From NCBI GenBank assembly GCA_031256725.1, contig JAIRQE010000005.1:1-32000 (forward strand): a stretch of 32,000 nt of DNA, written 5' to 3'. Shown piece by piece: positions 7,608 to 16,687 of the stretch (position 1 is the stretch's first letter; each line of letters opens with the position of its first letter). The notes below the pieces were generated by a model, which did no database searches, was not told the origin of the DNA, and saw only the letters and a program-made list of their open reading frames with translations. Made by a program: the position numbers and the translations under genes. The stretch comes from Propionibacteriaceae bacterium. GTDB lineage: Bacteria; Actinomycetota; Actinomycetes; Propionibacteriales; Propionibacteriaceae.

Positions 7608-9203
7608 TCAGTGAAGGATCTCCTTTAAGGCACGTCGAGCCTCATCATGTCTGTGCAACTCATCATTCATGGGGGAAACGACTATCTCATTTGCGATAAC
7701 CTCCATGGATCGGCGAAGATTCCTTAAGGCACGAGTTGCTGCCGCTTTGGCACCTACCCAGATAATCATCTTGGATACTCCAGCCAGAATCAATCCCGAG
7801 ACAAACCCACCGAGTACCATCCAGGTCGGGACAGGAAGGTAGCCAATCATCGGGGTCACGAACTCAGGCAACCCAAGGAAGGAAACCACCACGAAGTTGA
7901 GGGCCAACCACCCCAAACCACCAAGCATGACGACAAAGAGGAACCACTGCAGTACCCGAACAAGATTCCACCAGCTCCGTCCCTGATTCAGGCCCAGATC
8001 TGTACCCACGACGGCCTGATCGATGGCATCAGACAATTCAGCGGTCTTCTCCTTCGCTATACGGGTCATCATATGGCCCCACTGGTCTGGGAGCCTGCCC
8101 ATGGCATCATCACTGAGTTCCCTCATGGCAATATCGATCCGTGCCCGTGCCACCGGATGGACCACCATTGAGGTACGGGTCAACTCCTTGACCTCATCCT
8201 TAGACTTCTTGGATGCGAACTGGTCAAGATGAAGCCTTGCGAGAGGATCCACCCTGAACTTCGAGATCCACGCCAACCAGGGTAACCCTGTCACTGAAGC
8301 ACCACGTTGAGCGACGGACACCCGTACAGCCTCACTAATCTGCTGAGCCCCAGCAACCTCCATACATGCCGTGGAGATCACATTCACCTGGCTGTGCCCC
8401 AAGGAACCGGCTTCCTCTTCCCCAATCTGGGTGTTAATCGCCTTCGCTTGCCCAATGAGATCCGCGTGAAGCCTTTCACTATGGGCCTGCTTTTCGGAGG
8501 CGATTGTCACCAAATGTTTACGCAGGACATCAATCCCTGCCCCTGTCATTGCTGACACACTGAAGATTGTGGGCTTGGCAATCCCATCTTCGACTAGCAA
8601 ACGCTCAAGATCCTTCTCAAGGTCTGACATCTCAGTTGGGGAAAGCTTGTCAACCTGATTGAGTACAAAGGTCATGACCGCACCATAGTCGGCAAAACGT
8701 TGAAGATAGCCTTCATGGAGGACAGCATCGGCGTACTTCTGTGGATCAACAACCCACAGGAACTGGTCAACCACCTCGACGAGACGATCCACTTCCTCGC
8801 GATGGTCGGCAGCAATCGAATCATTGTCGGCCAGATCCACAAGTACGATCCCCGACAGATCCTCCCCAACCGCGACATGACGTCGGGCGATCTGCAACCA
8901 ATCAAGCAGATCAGTGGTGTCATGGTTCCCGAAAGTAATGGCCATAGCCTTAGTGGTCATGGGACGCCGTACCCCTGACTCGGCCAGAGCCGTACGAGTG
9001 AGCGCATTGAAGATGCTCGACTTCCCAGCACCCGTAGCTCCAGCAATTGCAATCACAGTTACATCGCGTGACAAGGACAAACGTTGCCCTACACGGTCAA
9101 GAGTCACCCTGGCAGCATCCATGAGTCCCGGATCGATACGCCCCTCACATGCCTCGACAACCTCCCCCAGTCGGATGAAATCCTGACTAAAGTCCGTCAT
9201 CAT
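7608..9203 (-). CDS. dynamin-like GTPase, membrane-anchored (DynB / IniC-like)
   Basis: 531 aa with P-loop IAGATGAGKSS and G3-like VLVDLADND. A long helical region is followed by two C-terminal TM helices (WWNLVRVLQWFLFVVMLGGLGWLALNFVVV and PVPTWMVLGGFVSGLILAGV). The ATGATG start has a GAGGAG SD and overlaps the upstream gene by 17 nt. Confidence 0.75.
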   Translation of the reverse strand: MMTDFSQDFIRLGEVVEACEGRIDPGLMDAARVTLDRVGQRLSLSRDVTVIAIAGATGAGKSSIFNALTRTALAESGVRRPMTTKAMAITFGNHDTTDLLDWLQIARRHVAVGEDLSGIVLVDLADNDSIAADHREEVDRLVEVVDQFLWVVDPQKYADAVLHEGYLQRFADYGAVMTFVLNQVDKLSPTEMSDLEKDLERLLVEDGIAKPTIFSVSAMTGAGIDVLRKHLVTIASEKQAHSERLHADLIGQAKAINTQIGEEEAGSLGHSQVNVISTACMEVAGAQQISEAVRVSVAQRGASVTGLPWLAWISKFRVDPLARLHLDQFASKKSKDEVKELTRTSMVVHPVARARIDIAMRELSDDAMGRLPDQWGHMMTRIAKEKTAELSDAIDQAVVGTDLGLNQGRSWWNLVRVLQWFLFVVMLGGLGWLALNFVVVSFLGLPEFVTPMIGYLPVPTWMVLGGFVSGLILAGVSKMIIWVGAKAAATRALRNLRRSMEVIANEIVVSPMNDELHRHDEARRALKEILH

Positions 9204-11019
9204 GAGCCTCCTCGGTTATCCCTACTCCTTCAAGGGAATCCACTTTCTCCTCACCAAGTACCAATGCTTCAAGACGGGCCATCTCGGCTTTACGAGCCCG
9301 CCCCAGATCCTGGCCTAGATCCTTTAAGGATGATGGTTCAACTATTTCGACTGGGAACAGGGATAAAGTCTTGACAATGAGTTCGTCGTGTTCACGATCC
9401 AGTACCTCGTTGATGCGTAGCCCCAATTTCTCACCTGCTTGATTAGCCAGCGAACGGATAGCCTCGTCCCCGAAAATCAGTTCAAGTACCTTCTGGGCTA
9501 GGACTGCTGTACCCCCTGCAATACCAATCTCAGCTCCAGTCACACCAGCGGTATGGGCGAAGGCAACCAGCATCAATGCGACACCAACCCCGTTGATGCC
9601 CAGTGCCGCGAGTCGGGCCTTGGTACGTTTGCTGGCCGTCTGCGTGGATACGATCTCCAAAACGTCGGCCTGCCATAAGCGGATAGCCTGCTCAACCCGA
9701 GTCGGATAATCTGAGGTGACTGTACCGATGTCGTACTTCGACCACTCGACAAGATGCCTTCCAGCTGGGTCCGCCATCCATGATGCTTTGACCCGTTCCA
9801 CTGCTGATTGTCCAGCCTCGATCATTAGCGTTTCCAGGCCCGATTTGACCGCAACCTTCACATCGAGAGCCTTGTCAGGCTCCCCTTTCAAGAATCGTGT
9901 CACCCTATCGCGGGCACGACCGATAGTCGTCTCAAGGGAGCGCATAAACTCCCCAGTACCCACGAAGTCCTGCCAGCGCGCCATCACCTCCCCACGAAGC
10001 AGACTTCCATCCGAGCTTTGGGTCCGTACCCGTGACTTGGCATCAGCGAAGATGGTTGCAGCATCGCTTTTCAACCGCCCAAGCGCCTCAGTTTGGGTCA
10101 CGATCTGATCAGCTACTGTCGTGATCCCATCCTCCAGGGCAGAGATCGCACCATCCAAGGTAGCCATGACGACCTTCGAGCGAGCGAGTTGGCTGGAAGC
10201 CAGATAGTCGATCCATGATCTCACTGGCTCAATAGCTGCAGGAGGAAGTAAACCCTGTTCATCTGTGGAGGTCTCAGGTACAGCGAAGAGCGGGGATTCC
10301 CCAAGGCCACGCTCCATCATCATCTGTGCCAGGTGTTCTGGTACGTCCTTCATAGCCACGGGCGGTACCCTGTTCACCACCACCGAAATAGCCGCACTCC
10401 TTTCGGAGGCCTTGGTGAGGTAATCCCAGGGAACAGCGTCGGCATAGCGAGCCGCCGAGGTCACAAACAGCCACAGGTCTGCAGCCGAAAGCAACTGATC
10501 CGCGAGGGTCCTATTACCCTCATCGACCGAATCAATGTCTGGGGCATCCAAGATGGCAAGCCCCTGGGGTACGGCCACAGAGGGAACAATATGCAGACTG
10601 CGTGGATTCGTGGAAGCCTCCGCAGATCGAGCCAACTCCGGGAAAACACGATCATTGTTAAACCAGTGTGCATCTACAGGATTGTGAATCAGTACCGGCG
10701 CTTTCGTCGTCGGACGAATCACCCCAGGCTTGGTCACCATCTCACCCACAAGCGAGTTCACAAGGGTCGACTTCCCCGCCCCTGTCGACCCACCGACGAC
10801 AGTCAGCAGAGGGGCTTCAATGGCGCGCAGACGCGGAATAACATAGTCATCAAGTTGACTGACGGCCTTCTCAGCCCAGGTCCTTGCCTCCTCAGCCCCT
10901 GGGAGGGGTAAGTCAAGATGTACCTGTGTGAGATTCTTGCGCAGACGAGCAAGGACGGACGACAGAGCCTCCCCCGTATAATCTGATTTCATGATCACCA
11001 TTGATCGACTCTTACTCAT
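9187..11019 (-). CDS. dynamin-like GTPase (DynA / IniA-like)
   Basis: P-loop VVGGSTGAGKST and G3 ILDAPDIDS, followed by a long helical stalk. There is a hydrophobic paddle-like segment LAALGINGVGVALMLVAFAHTAGVTGAEIGIAGG. I place the start at ATG 11019-11017, which forms an ATGA overlap with the PrsW stop. In-frame alternatives exist at 11034 and 10992. Confidence 0.75.
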   Translation of the reverse strand: MSKSRSMVIMKSDYTGEALSSVLARLRKNLTQVHLDLPLPGAEEARTWAEKAVSQLDDYVIPRLRAIEAPLLTVVGGSTGAGKSTLVNSLVGEMVTKPGVIRPTTKAPVLIHNPVDAHWFNNDRVFPELARSAEASTNPRSLHIVPSVAVPQGLAILDAPDIDSVDEGNRTLADQLLSAADLWLFVTSAARYADAVPWDYLTKASERSAAISVVVNRVPPVAMKDVPEHLAQMMMERGLGESPLFAVPETSTDEQGLLPPAAIEPVRSWIDYLASSQLARSKVVMATLDGAISALEDGITTVADQIVTQTEALGRLKSDAATIFADAKSRVRTQSSDGSLLRGEVMARWQDFVGTGEFMRSLETTIGRARDRVTRFLKGEPDKALDVKVAVKSGLETLMIEAGQSAVERVKASWMADPAGRHLVEWSKYDIGTVTSDYPTRVEQAIRLWQADVLEIVSTQTASKRTKARLAALGINGVGVALMLVAFAHTAGVTGAEIGIAGGTAVLAQKVLELIFGDEAIRSLANQAGEKLGLRINEVLDREHDELIVKTLSLFPVEIVEPSSLKDLGQDLGRARKAEMARLEALVLGEEKVDSLEGVGITEEAHDDGL

Positions 11020-12428
11020 GTTGGTGGCGTCCATCTCGGGTCAACTGCCGAGTACTTCAAAGGGGCGATGGTCGCACCTTGCGCCGCACCGGGAATAGCG
11101 TAACGATCTCTGGGCTTCTTTACAAGACCCCTGTATTTCTTCGCCTGCCAGGGCCAATAGGGACGGTACCCACGTGCATCAGCTATTCCACCTGTGGCTG
11201 TGATGAGTTGGATTTCGTTAATGAGGTCGTACTCCCGCGAAAGCCCGCCATAATCCACCGTTCCACGTGTGATGGCTTCGCTGAGCATTGCAAGCTCTGT
11301 GACTCGCTGTTGGAGTATCCAGGTCCTGATGACTGATCCGTGCCATAGGCTCATGAATAGGGTCCAGGCGCGTCGATGGAGTTTCGAGAAGGCTGAGGGG
11401 TAATTGCTCGGTATCCATCCCACGATGACATATCCCCTGAGGCGGGCTGCGAGTGTACGTCCCTGCTTCACTGAGGAAATAATCACACGAATAGCGACCC
11501 CGATAACGATGGGCCACGCCAGGATGAGGATCATGAAGATGACCTGTTCTGTGGGGATCACAGAGACCTGCCAGTTGAAGAACATGTGAAGGAAGGCCGC
11601 CATCAGGAAGCCTGCCGATGGGGCGAGGATCCGGACGATCTTGGATCGGCTGGCCACCGCGAAGGCCACACCCACCCCAGTGAACAGGGTGAACAACGGG
11701 TGTCCGAAGCAGGTAAGTACCCCGCGCATGAAGACAAGTTCATCCACGGCAGCCGCCACATCACCAGCACTGCCTGTATACGACCCGAAGACGATGGCAC
11801 GCGCGTAATAAACGATGTTCTCTGTGAAGGCGAAGCCAGCCCCCGCCAGTCCACCAACGACCGCCCCTGATACACGGGAGGAGAAGCGATTCCGATCCAC
11901 GACAACGATCAGGAAGATGATGCAGGCTTTCGTAGCTTCCTCAACAAAGGGGGCCACAAAGACAGCCACACGTATAGCTGCAACTCCCGACATCGCATCA
12001 ATGACCGCCATCTGTTCACCCACCCAGGTGTTGAGATAGTACGACGCTGGGATCGCAATAGCTCCACCCCATATGAGAGCGAGGAACCATACGAGGAGCC
12101 GCTGGGGTTTGTACCGATCAACCAGAATGAAGCAGACAATCCAGAAGAGCAAGGTTGGCCACGCACGAACTGCTGAACTCCATAATGCATCAGCATTCAA
12201 ACCAGGAATCTTCGAGCCGTTCTCGGCCTTTCTGTCGGCCATGATGTCAACCAGGAGGATAGTCGTGGATATGACAGCGGTCAGGATCACACCGAGTGCT
12301 ACCCACGTCCACTTCGATCTCACAATCCTTTGGACAATGGTTCCTTGAACTTGGGCAGGGGAAACACCTGCCCGACGGCGTAAAAATGCTTCAACCTCGG
12401 GTGATAGTACCTCTGCAATTGCCACCAT
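11016..12428 (-). CDS. PrsW-family intramembrane metalloprotease with a long cytoplasmic C-terminal extension
   Basis: 470 aa with about 8 predicted TM segments. It carries the PrsW motifs EExxK (FVEEATKACII) and HxxxN (FLHMFFNW). About 150 aa of non-membrane tail follow the last TM. Confidence 0.8.
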   Translation of the reverse strand: MVAIAEVLSPEVEAFLRRRAGVSPAQVQGTIVQRIVRSKWTWVALGVILTAVISTTILLVDIMADRKAENGSKIPGLNADALWSSAVRAWPTLLFWIVCFILVDRYKPQRLLVWFLALIWGGAIAIPASYYLNTWVGEQMAVIDAMSGVAAIRVAVFVAPFVEEATKACIIFLIVVVDRNRFSSRVSGAVVGGLAGAGFAFTENIVYYARAIVFGSYTGSAGDVAAAVDELVFMRGVLTCFGHPLFTLFTGVGVAFAVASRSKIVRILAPSAGFLMAAFLHMFFNWQVSVIPTEQVIFMILILAWPIVIGVAIRVIISSVKQGRTLAARLRGYVIVGWIPSNYPSAFSKLHRRAWTLFMSLWHGSVIRTWILQQRVTELAMLSEAITRGTVDYGGLSREYDLINEIQLITATGGIADARGYRPYWPWQAKKYRGLVKKPRDRYAIPGAAQGATIAPLKYSAVDPRWTPPT

Positions 12429-12591
12429 TCAAGGATAGCCGCTCATGGCTGTTGTGCTTGTAATGTCGACCTAAACTTGAGCCTTCTGTGCGGGGAGACT
12501 AGCTGAATGGCTGGGATCTATGGGTTCAGATCCTCCACTGGTAGAATATTGTTTACCACATTCTGATACTCGCCTAGGACGGAGGAGAGTG

Positions 12592-13899
12592 ATGTTGAGG
12601 CTGCGCAATTCTGTGCGTTATGCCCTCATTGTGGCGTGCGCTGTAGTGCTGGCCTGTGGTGGGCCAGGACTTACAGCCCGCGCAGATGAGGCGGAAGTCT
12701 ACAAGAAGTGGGGCTACCCTCGTACCCCAAAAACCGAACAGGTAACCCTAGAACAAAACCCAGCAGACCCCCCCACTGAAGACCCCCAAGAAGGGCCATT
12801 GGCCGTACTCTATGCAGCTGAACGTCAACTCGAAGAAGCCCAAAAGGAGGTTGACCAAGCCCAAGGCAACCTGGGTACAGCTGCGGCCCAACACAAACAA
12901 GCCCAAGCGATGAGCGCAGTCAAAGACGCTGAACTTCAAATAGCAGACCTAGCGCTCGCGAGGGCTACAGCCAAGGAGAACGAAAACCAGGCCCTAGTGG
13001 ATGCACAAAAGGAGAATGTGGCTGCCTATGCACGGGCAATCTACCAAGACAATGTTCCACTGATCTCTGTGGTGACACTCTTCGGCGCTACGAGTACCTC
13101 TGACCTGGCGAACAGAGCCCAGTGGACAGACACAGTCCTTGTCACAAACCAAGTAGACCTTGAAGACTTGAAAGAATTACAACGCCAACTCTTTGAAGCC
13201 AAGGTACAAAGCCAGGCAGCCTTAGCAGCAGCAACTGAAGCCAAACAAGCCGCTGATGTTCATACGACCCAAACCAAGGCAGCCCTTGAAACAGCCCAAG
13301 CCGCTGAGGAGGCCGCACGCCAAGCCATTGAGAAGCAGGCAGCCCGCCGTCTAGAAGCCCAAAAGATCGTCGTCCACAACACCGGGATTTATGAAGCCAC
13401 TAAAGAAAACCTTCCCCTAGTAACCCAACAGTTGGAGGAAGCCGCTCGCAAGGCAGAGGAAGCCCACCGAGCCGAGGAGGCACGTCAGGCAGAGGAGGCA
13501 CGTAAAGCAGAGGAGGCTCGCAACGCCAATACTGCAGCAGACATCGCCAATAAGGAGGGGGCTGACAGAGTCGTAGCCTTTGCGAAATCCAAGATCGGCG
13601 GACGCTATGTCTACGGTGGCGAGGGACCAGGGTACGACTGTTCAGGTCTCACCAAGATGGCTTACGCCTCAATCGAGATGAACCTCCCCCACAGTGCAAC
13701 TGCGCAGTTTAGGATGGGCCAAGCCGTTGACAGAAATAATCTTCAACCTGGGGATCTCGTCTTCTATTACAGTGGCCCCTCCCATGTCGCAATCTATGTT
13801 GGCGATGGAAAGCTTGTTCACGCCCGTAGCGAGTCGATCGGGATCGTCATGACTGGTATTGATGATTCCAGGTACTCTGGGGCGCGACGGCTCCTGTAG
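12592..13899 (+). CDS. secreted NlpC/P60 peptidoglycan endopeptidase with an N-terminal coiled coil (RipA-like)
   Basis: GGAGGAG SD then ATG 12592. The signal peptide is MLRLRNSVRYALIVACAVVLACGGPGLTARA. A long A/E/Q/K-rich coiled coil follows. The C-terminal NlpC/P60 domain has catalytic Cys (GYDCSGLTKMAY) and His (PSHVAIYVGDGKLVHA). Confidence 0.85.
   Translation: MLRLRNSVRYALIVACAVVLACGGPGLTARADEAEVYKKWGYPRTPKTEQVTLEQNPADPPTEDPQEGPLAVLYAAERQLEEAQKEVDQAQGNLGTAAAQHKQAQAMSAVKDAELQIADLALARATAKENENQALVDAQKENVAAYARAIYQDNVPLISVVTLFGATSTSDLANRAQWTDTVLVTNQVDLEDLKELQRQLFEAKVQSQAALAAATEAKQAADVHTTQTKAALETAQAAEEAARQAIEKQAARRLEAQKIVVHNTGIYEATKENLPLVTQQLEEAARKAEEAHRAEEARQAEEARKAEEARNANTAADIANKEGADRVVAFAKSKIGGRYVYGGEGPGYDCSGLTKMAYASIEMNLPHSATAQFRMGQAVDRNNLQPGDLVFYYSGPSHVAIYVGDGKLVHARSESIGIVMTGIDDSRYSGARRLL
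13453..13524 (+). repeat. four tandem 18-bp units inside the NlpC/P60 gene encoding AEEA[HR][RQKN]
   Basis: The units are GCAGAGGAAGCCCACCGA, GCCGAGGAGGCACGTCAG, GCAGAGGAGGCACGTAAA and GCAGAGGAGGCTCGCAAC. A degenerate fifth unit lies at 13435-13452. Confidence 0.8.
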
Positions 13900-13947
13900 G
13901 GTGATCCCCCAATTGCTCTGATACCTGGGGGCGGTTCGCTTTGTCAC

Positions 13948-13990
13948 TTTGACTCTTCACTTCTTCACTGCTTTTTGACTCTTCACTGCT
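13948..13990. repeat. direct repeats upstream of dps: TTTGACTCTTCACT twice and CTTCACT three times
   Basis: TTTGACTCTTCACT is at 13948-13961 and 13974-13987 (26-bp period). CTTCACTGCT is at 13963-13972 and 13981-13990. The region lies 104-146 nt upstream of ATG 14094. Confidence 0.6.
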
Positions 13991-14093
13991 GTGCCAACTG
14001 CTCCGATACCCTGTTGTGGACACAATAGCTCAGCGAAGAGAACACAGCTAAGCTAGATGATTAGGAAACAGGTTCCATGAGAAAGGACACATC

Positions 14094-14525
14094 ATGACAC
14101 AATCCACGACAGCACTACAGACCGTATTGGTCAATCTGATCGATCTTGGCTTGATTTCAAAGCAAGCTCATTGGAATATCTGCGGCCCCAATTTTCTTCC
14201 AGTACACACCCATCTTGATGAACTCACTGACCAGTTGATTGCCTGGCAGGATGAGGTTGCTGAACGAATCACTGCCCTGGGCGAGTACCCTGATGGTCGC
14301 GCTGCGACAGTGGCCTCCACCTCTTCGATTGCACCTGCTGATGCTGGAGCCCAGAAGGATACCGCTGTGGTACGCGACTTCGCGAACCGTTTAGCCGCCC
14401 TGTCCACCAAGATCTCTGCCATGTTGAGTGATGTGGAAGATGATATGCCAACACAGGACGTACTCATTGGTATCGTGTCAGGTTTGGATAAGGAAGCCTG
14501 GTTCTTCCGCGCCCAGCTTGCCTAG
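14094..14525 (+). CDS. dps: Dps-family DNA-protecting ferritin-like protein
   Basis: 143 aa with the Dps ferroxidase pattern KQAHWNICGPNFLPVHTHLDELTDQL...DEVAERI. A GAAAGGA SD is present. Confidence 0.9.
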   Translation: MTQSTTALQTVLVNLIDLGLISKQAHWNICGPNFLPVHTHLDELTDQLIAWQDEVAERITALGEYPDGRAATVASTSSIAPADAGAQKDTAVVRDFANRLAALSTKISAMLSDVEDDMPTQDVLIGIVSGLDKEAWFFRAQLA

Positions 14526-14544
14526 CAAGAATTTCACCGAAGCA

Positions 14545-15177
14545 TCACGACATGGCCCGGGCATCGGGCAAGGATGTGAGTGAGAAGGTTTCTGGATAGT
14601 GCGCTGCAAGGTGGCGCACCTCATCCTTCGCAGGCCCCGGAGACGGTACGAAAATCGTCTCACGGTAGTACCGTAATTCGTTGATGGAATCCTGGATATC
14701 ACCCAAGGCTCGGTGGTTGCCGAACTTCTCAGGAGAACCAAAGAATGCCCGAGGAAACCATCGGCGTGCCAACTCTTTGATGCTGGAAACATCAATATTG
14801 CGGTAGTGAAGGTGGCTCTCCAGGATCGGCATATCGCGTGCCAGGAATGCACGATCCATGCCTACGGTGTTTCCGGCCAGCGGAGATTTCTGAGGTTCTG
14901 GTACGAATGCGCGAACATAGGCCATGATTTCTTCTTGAGCCTCGGCCAGGGTTACCCCGTCTGCGAGTGCATCCAGTAACCCCGAGGATGAGTGCATTTC
15001 TCGTACATAATCACCCATGTGATCGAGGGCCTCGGCTGGTGGACGAATGATCACATCGATCCCATCCCCGAGTACATCCAGATTCGAATTGGTAACAAGT
15101 ACGGCAACCTCAATCAAGGCATCAGTATTCAAGTCGAGACCTGTCATCTCGCAGTCGATCCAAACCAAGTTTTCCAT
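14545..15177 (-). CDS. orn: oligoribonuclease
   Basis: 210 aa with DEDDh exonuclease motifs (LVWIDCEMTGLD, AGNTVGMDRAFL, HRALGDIQDSINELRYY). Confidence 0.95.
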   Translation of the reverse strand: MENLVWIDCEMTGLDLNTDALIEVAVLVTNSNLDVLGDGIDVIIRPPAEALDHMGDYVREMHSSSGLLDALADGVTLAEAQEEIMAYVRAFVPEPQKSPLAGNTVGMDRAFLARDMPILESHLHYRNIDVSSIKELARRWFPRAFFGSPEKFGNHRALGDIQDSINELRYYRETIFVPSPGPAKDEVRHLAAHYPETFSLTSLPDARAMS

Positions 15178-15275
15178 ATTGCCTACAGTCTATCTCTTAG
15201 TACAACTGGATGCCCGCCCGTGTGCGCATACACCAACGTTCAATTATATCGAATTGGTCTTTATGTGGGTAATGT

Positions 15276-16481
15276 TTAGTGTTTGTGTACCTGCCCAATG
15301 ACCGAGTGGTGGATCCAGTACCCTAGCCATCCCGCACCCACGAGAGCCAAACCACCCAAGCCAACAGTCGCAACAGTGAGCGAAAAAAGGGTCGTAATTC
15401 CTGACAGAAGCAAGGGTCCCACACTCTGTCCACAGTCACCAACGAGGCGCCATCCTGACAGGAATTGGGCACGTCCGAAGTCCGGCGAGGCATCCGAACC
15501 CAGGGTCATGACTATTCCCGCACCAATACCGTTACCGAATCCCAGGATGATCGCAACAATGATCACCCCGACTGCAGACTGAGTCAGAGCCAGGCAGGCT
15601 AGACCCACCCCCAAGACAATCATCGAAGGTACAGCCACCCACATCCGACCGAATCTGTCCATAATGAGCCCACCCAGGAAGAACAGGCTCATATCCACGC
15701 CCATCGATATGGCATAGATCAGTGAGGTCTGGGAGGGATCCAATCCCAATGAGGCACACCACAGAGGTACTACGGTCTGGCGCACAGATCGTACGATATG
15801 AATCGACATAGCCCCCAACCCGAGGGTCGCGAGAACACGCAGATTAGCCCGAAGGATGGTGAAAAGCTTGGGGCCTCCTGACGGCCCTGCCTGACGAGTG
15901 CGTACATCCTGGGGAAGCTCCGGAAGAAACATGGTCACCACTGCTGCGAAGAGACACATGAGTGATGCGAACGCATAGGCTGCCTGGAGGTTCCACTGTG
16001 CCACAATCGCAGCCCCAACCAGTGGGCCAACGAAGGCTCCAATCCTGAAAACCCCACCCAGACTAGACAGGGCTCGCGCTCGAAAATTCAAGGGTACCGC
16101 TTCGGTAACATAGCTTTGCCGAGCCAACCCGAAAATAGCAGCTGACAAGCCAAGACAGAAGACAGCACCCGTCAAGACAATAAAGGAGGATGCCTGAAAG
16201 GCAACGAACAACCACACAGCGTCCCACACACAGGCCACTGCGATCGCCTTCCTCTCCCCCAGTTTCGTTGCAACCCAACTAGCGGGAAGATCTGCCACAA
16301 GTTGACCCACACCAAGGATCCCCATCAAGAGTGCTGACATCGCTACCGAGGCCCCAAGATGGAGTGCCGTCAAAGCGACCAGAGGCAGGACAGCGCCGTA
16401 CCCAATAGACGACAAGAAGGTCGGGCCATACGCGGAGGCGATGAAGCGCGGCCAGTTAAAACTTGTCGAGGATTCGGGCAT
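15276..16481 (-). CDS. MFS transporter
   Basis: 401 aa with about 12 hydrophobic segments and an MFS loop 2-3-like motif (WVATKLGERKAI). Substrate unknown. Confidence 0.85.
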   Translation of the reverse strand: MPESSTSFNWPRFIASAYGPTFLSSIGYGAVLPLVALTALHLGASVAMSALLMGILGVGQLVADLPASWVATKLGERKAIAVACVWDAVWLFVAFQASSFIVLTGAVFCLGLSAAIFGLARQSYVTEAVPLNFRARALSSLGGVFRIGAFVGPLVGAAIVAQWNLQAAYAFASLMCLFAAVVTMFLPELPQDVRTRQAGPSGGPKLFTILRANLRVLATLGLGAMSIHIVRSVRQTVVPLWCASLGLDPSQTSLIYAISMGVDMSLFFLGGLIMDRFGRMWVAVPSMIVLGVGLACLALTQSAVGVIIVAIILGFGNGIGAGIVMTLGSDASPDFGRAQFLSGWRLVGDCGQSVGPLLLSGITTLFSLTVATVGLGGLALVGAGWLGYWIHHSVIGQVHKH

Positions 16482-16586
16482 AATATGCCACTCTAGTACC
16501 TGTGAGATCGACCTAATAGCCCCGTCCGCAGGTACCCGGCTTTTACCAGGATCTCACTAGACAGTAGACTAAGCAGGTTCACTAAG

Positions 16587-16663
16587 GCCCCCATAGCTCA
16601 GCTGGATAGAGCAACAGACTTCTAATCTGCAGGTCGGAGGTTCGAATCCTCCTGGGGGCGCCA
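16587..16663 (+). tRNA. tRNA-Arg (anticodon TCT)
   Basis: Cloverleaf folded by hand. Acceptor is GCCCCCA/TGGGGGC. D-arm is GCTC-AGCTGGATA-GAGC. The anticodon arm has loop CTTCTAA (anticodon TCT) with one A-C mismatch at 27-43. T-arm is GGAGG-TTCGAAT-CCTCC. Discriminator G, and CCA is encoded. Confidence 0.9.
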
Positions 16664-16687
16664 AGCGTATTTCCTGGCTCACAGTGA

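Noticed and set aside
12429-12591. Possible ydaO-type c-di-AMP riboswitch upstream of the NlpC/P60 hydrolase, a known actinobacterial context for that riboswitch.
   Set aside because: The spacer is only 163 nt and must also hold two divergent promoters. I could not find the conserved ydaO sequence blocks by eye, only a short CGGGGAG and a 6-bp GGATCT/AGATCC hairpin. An Rfam/Infernal scan would settle it.
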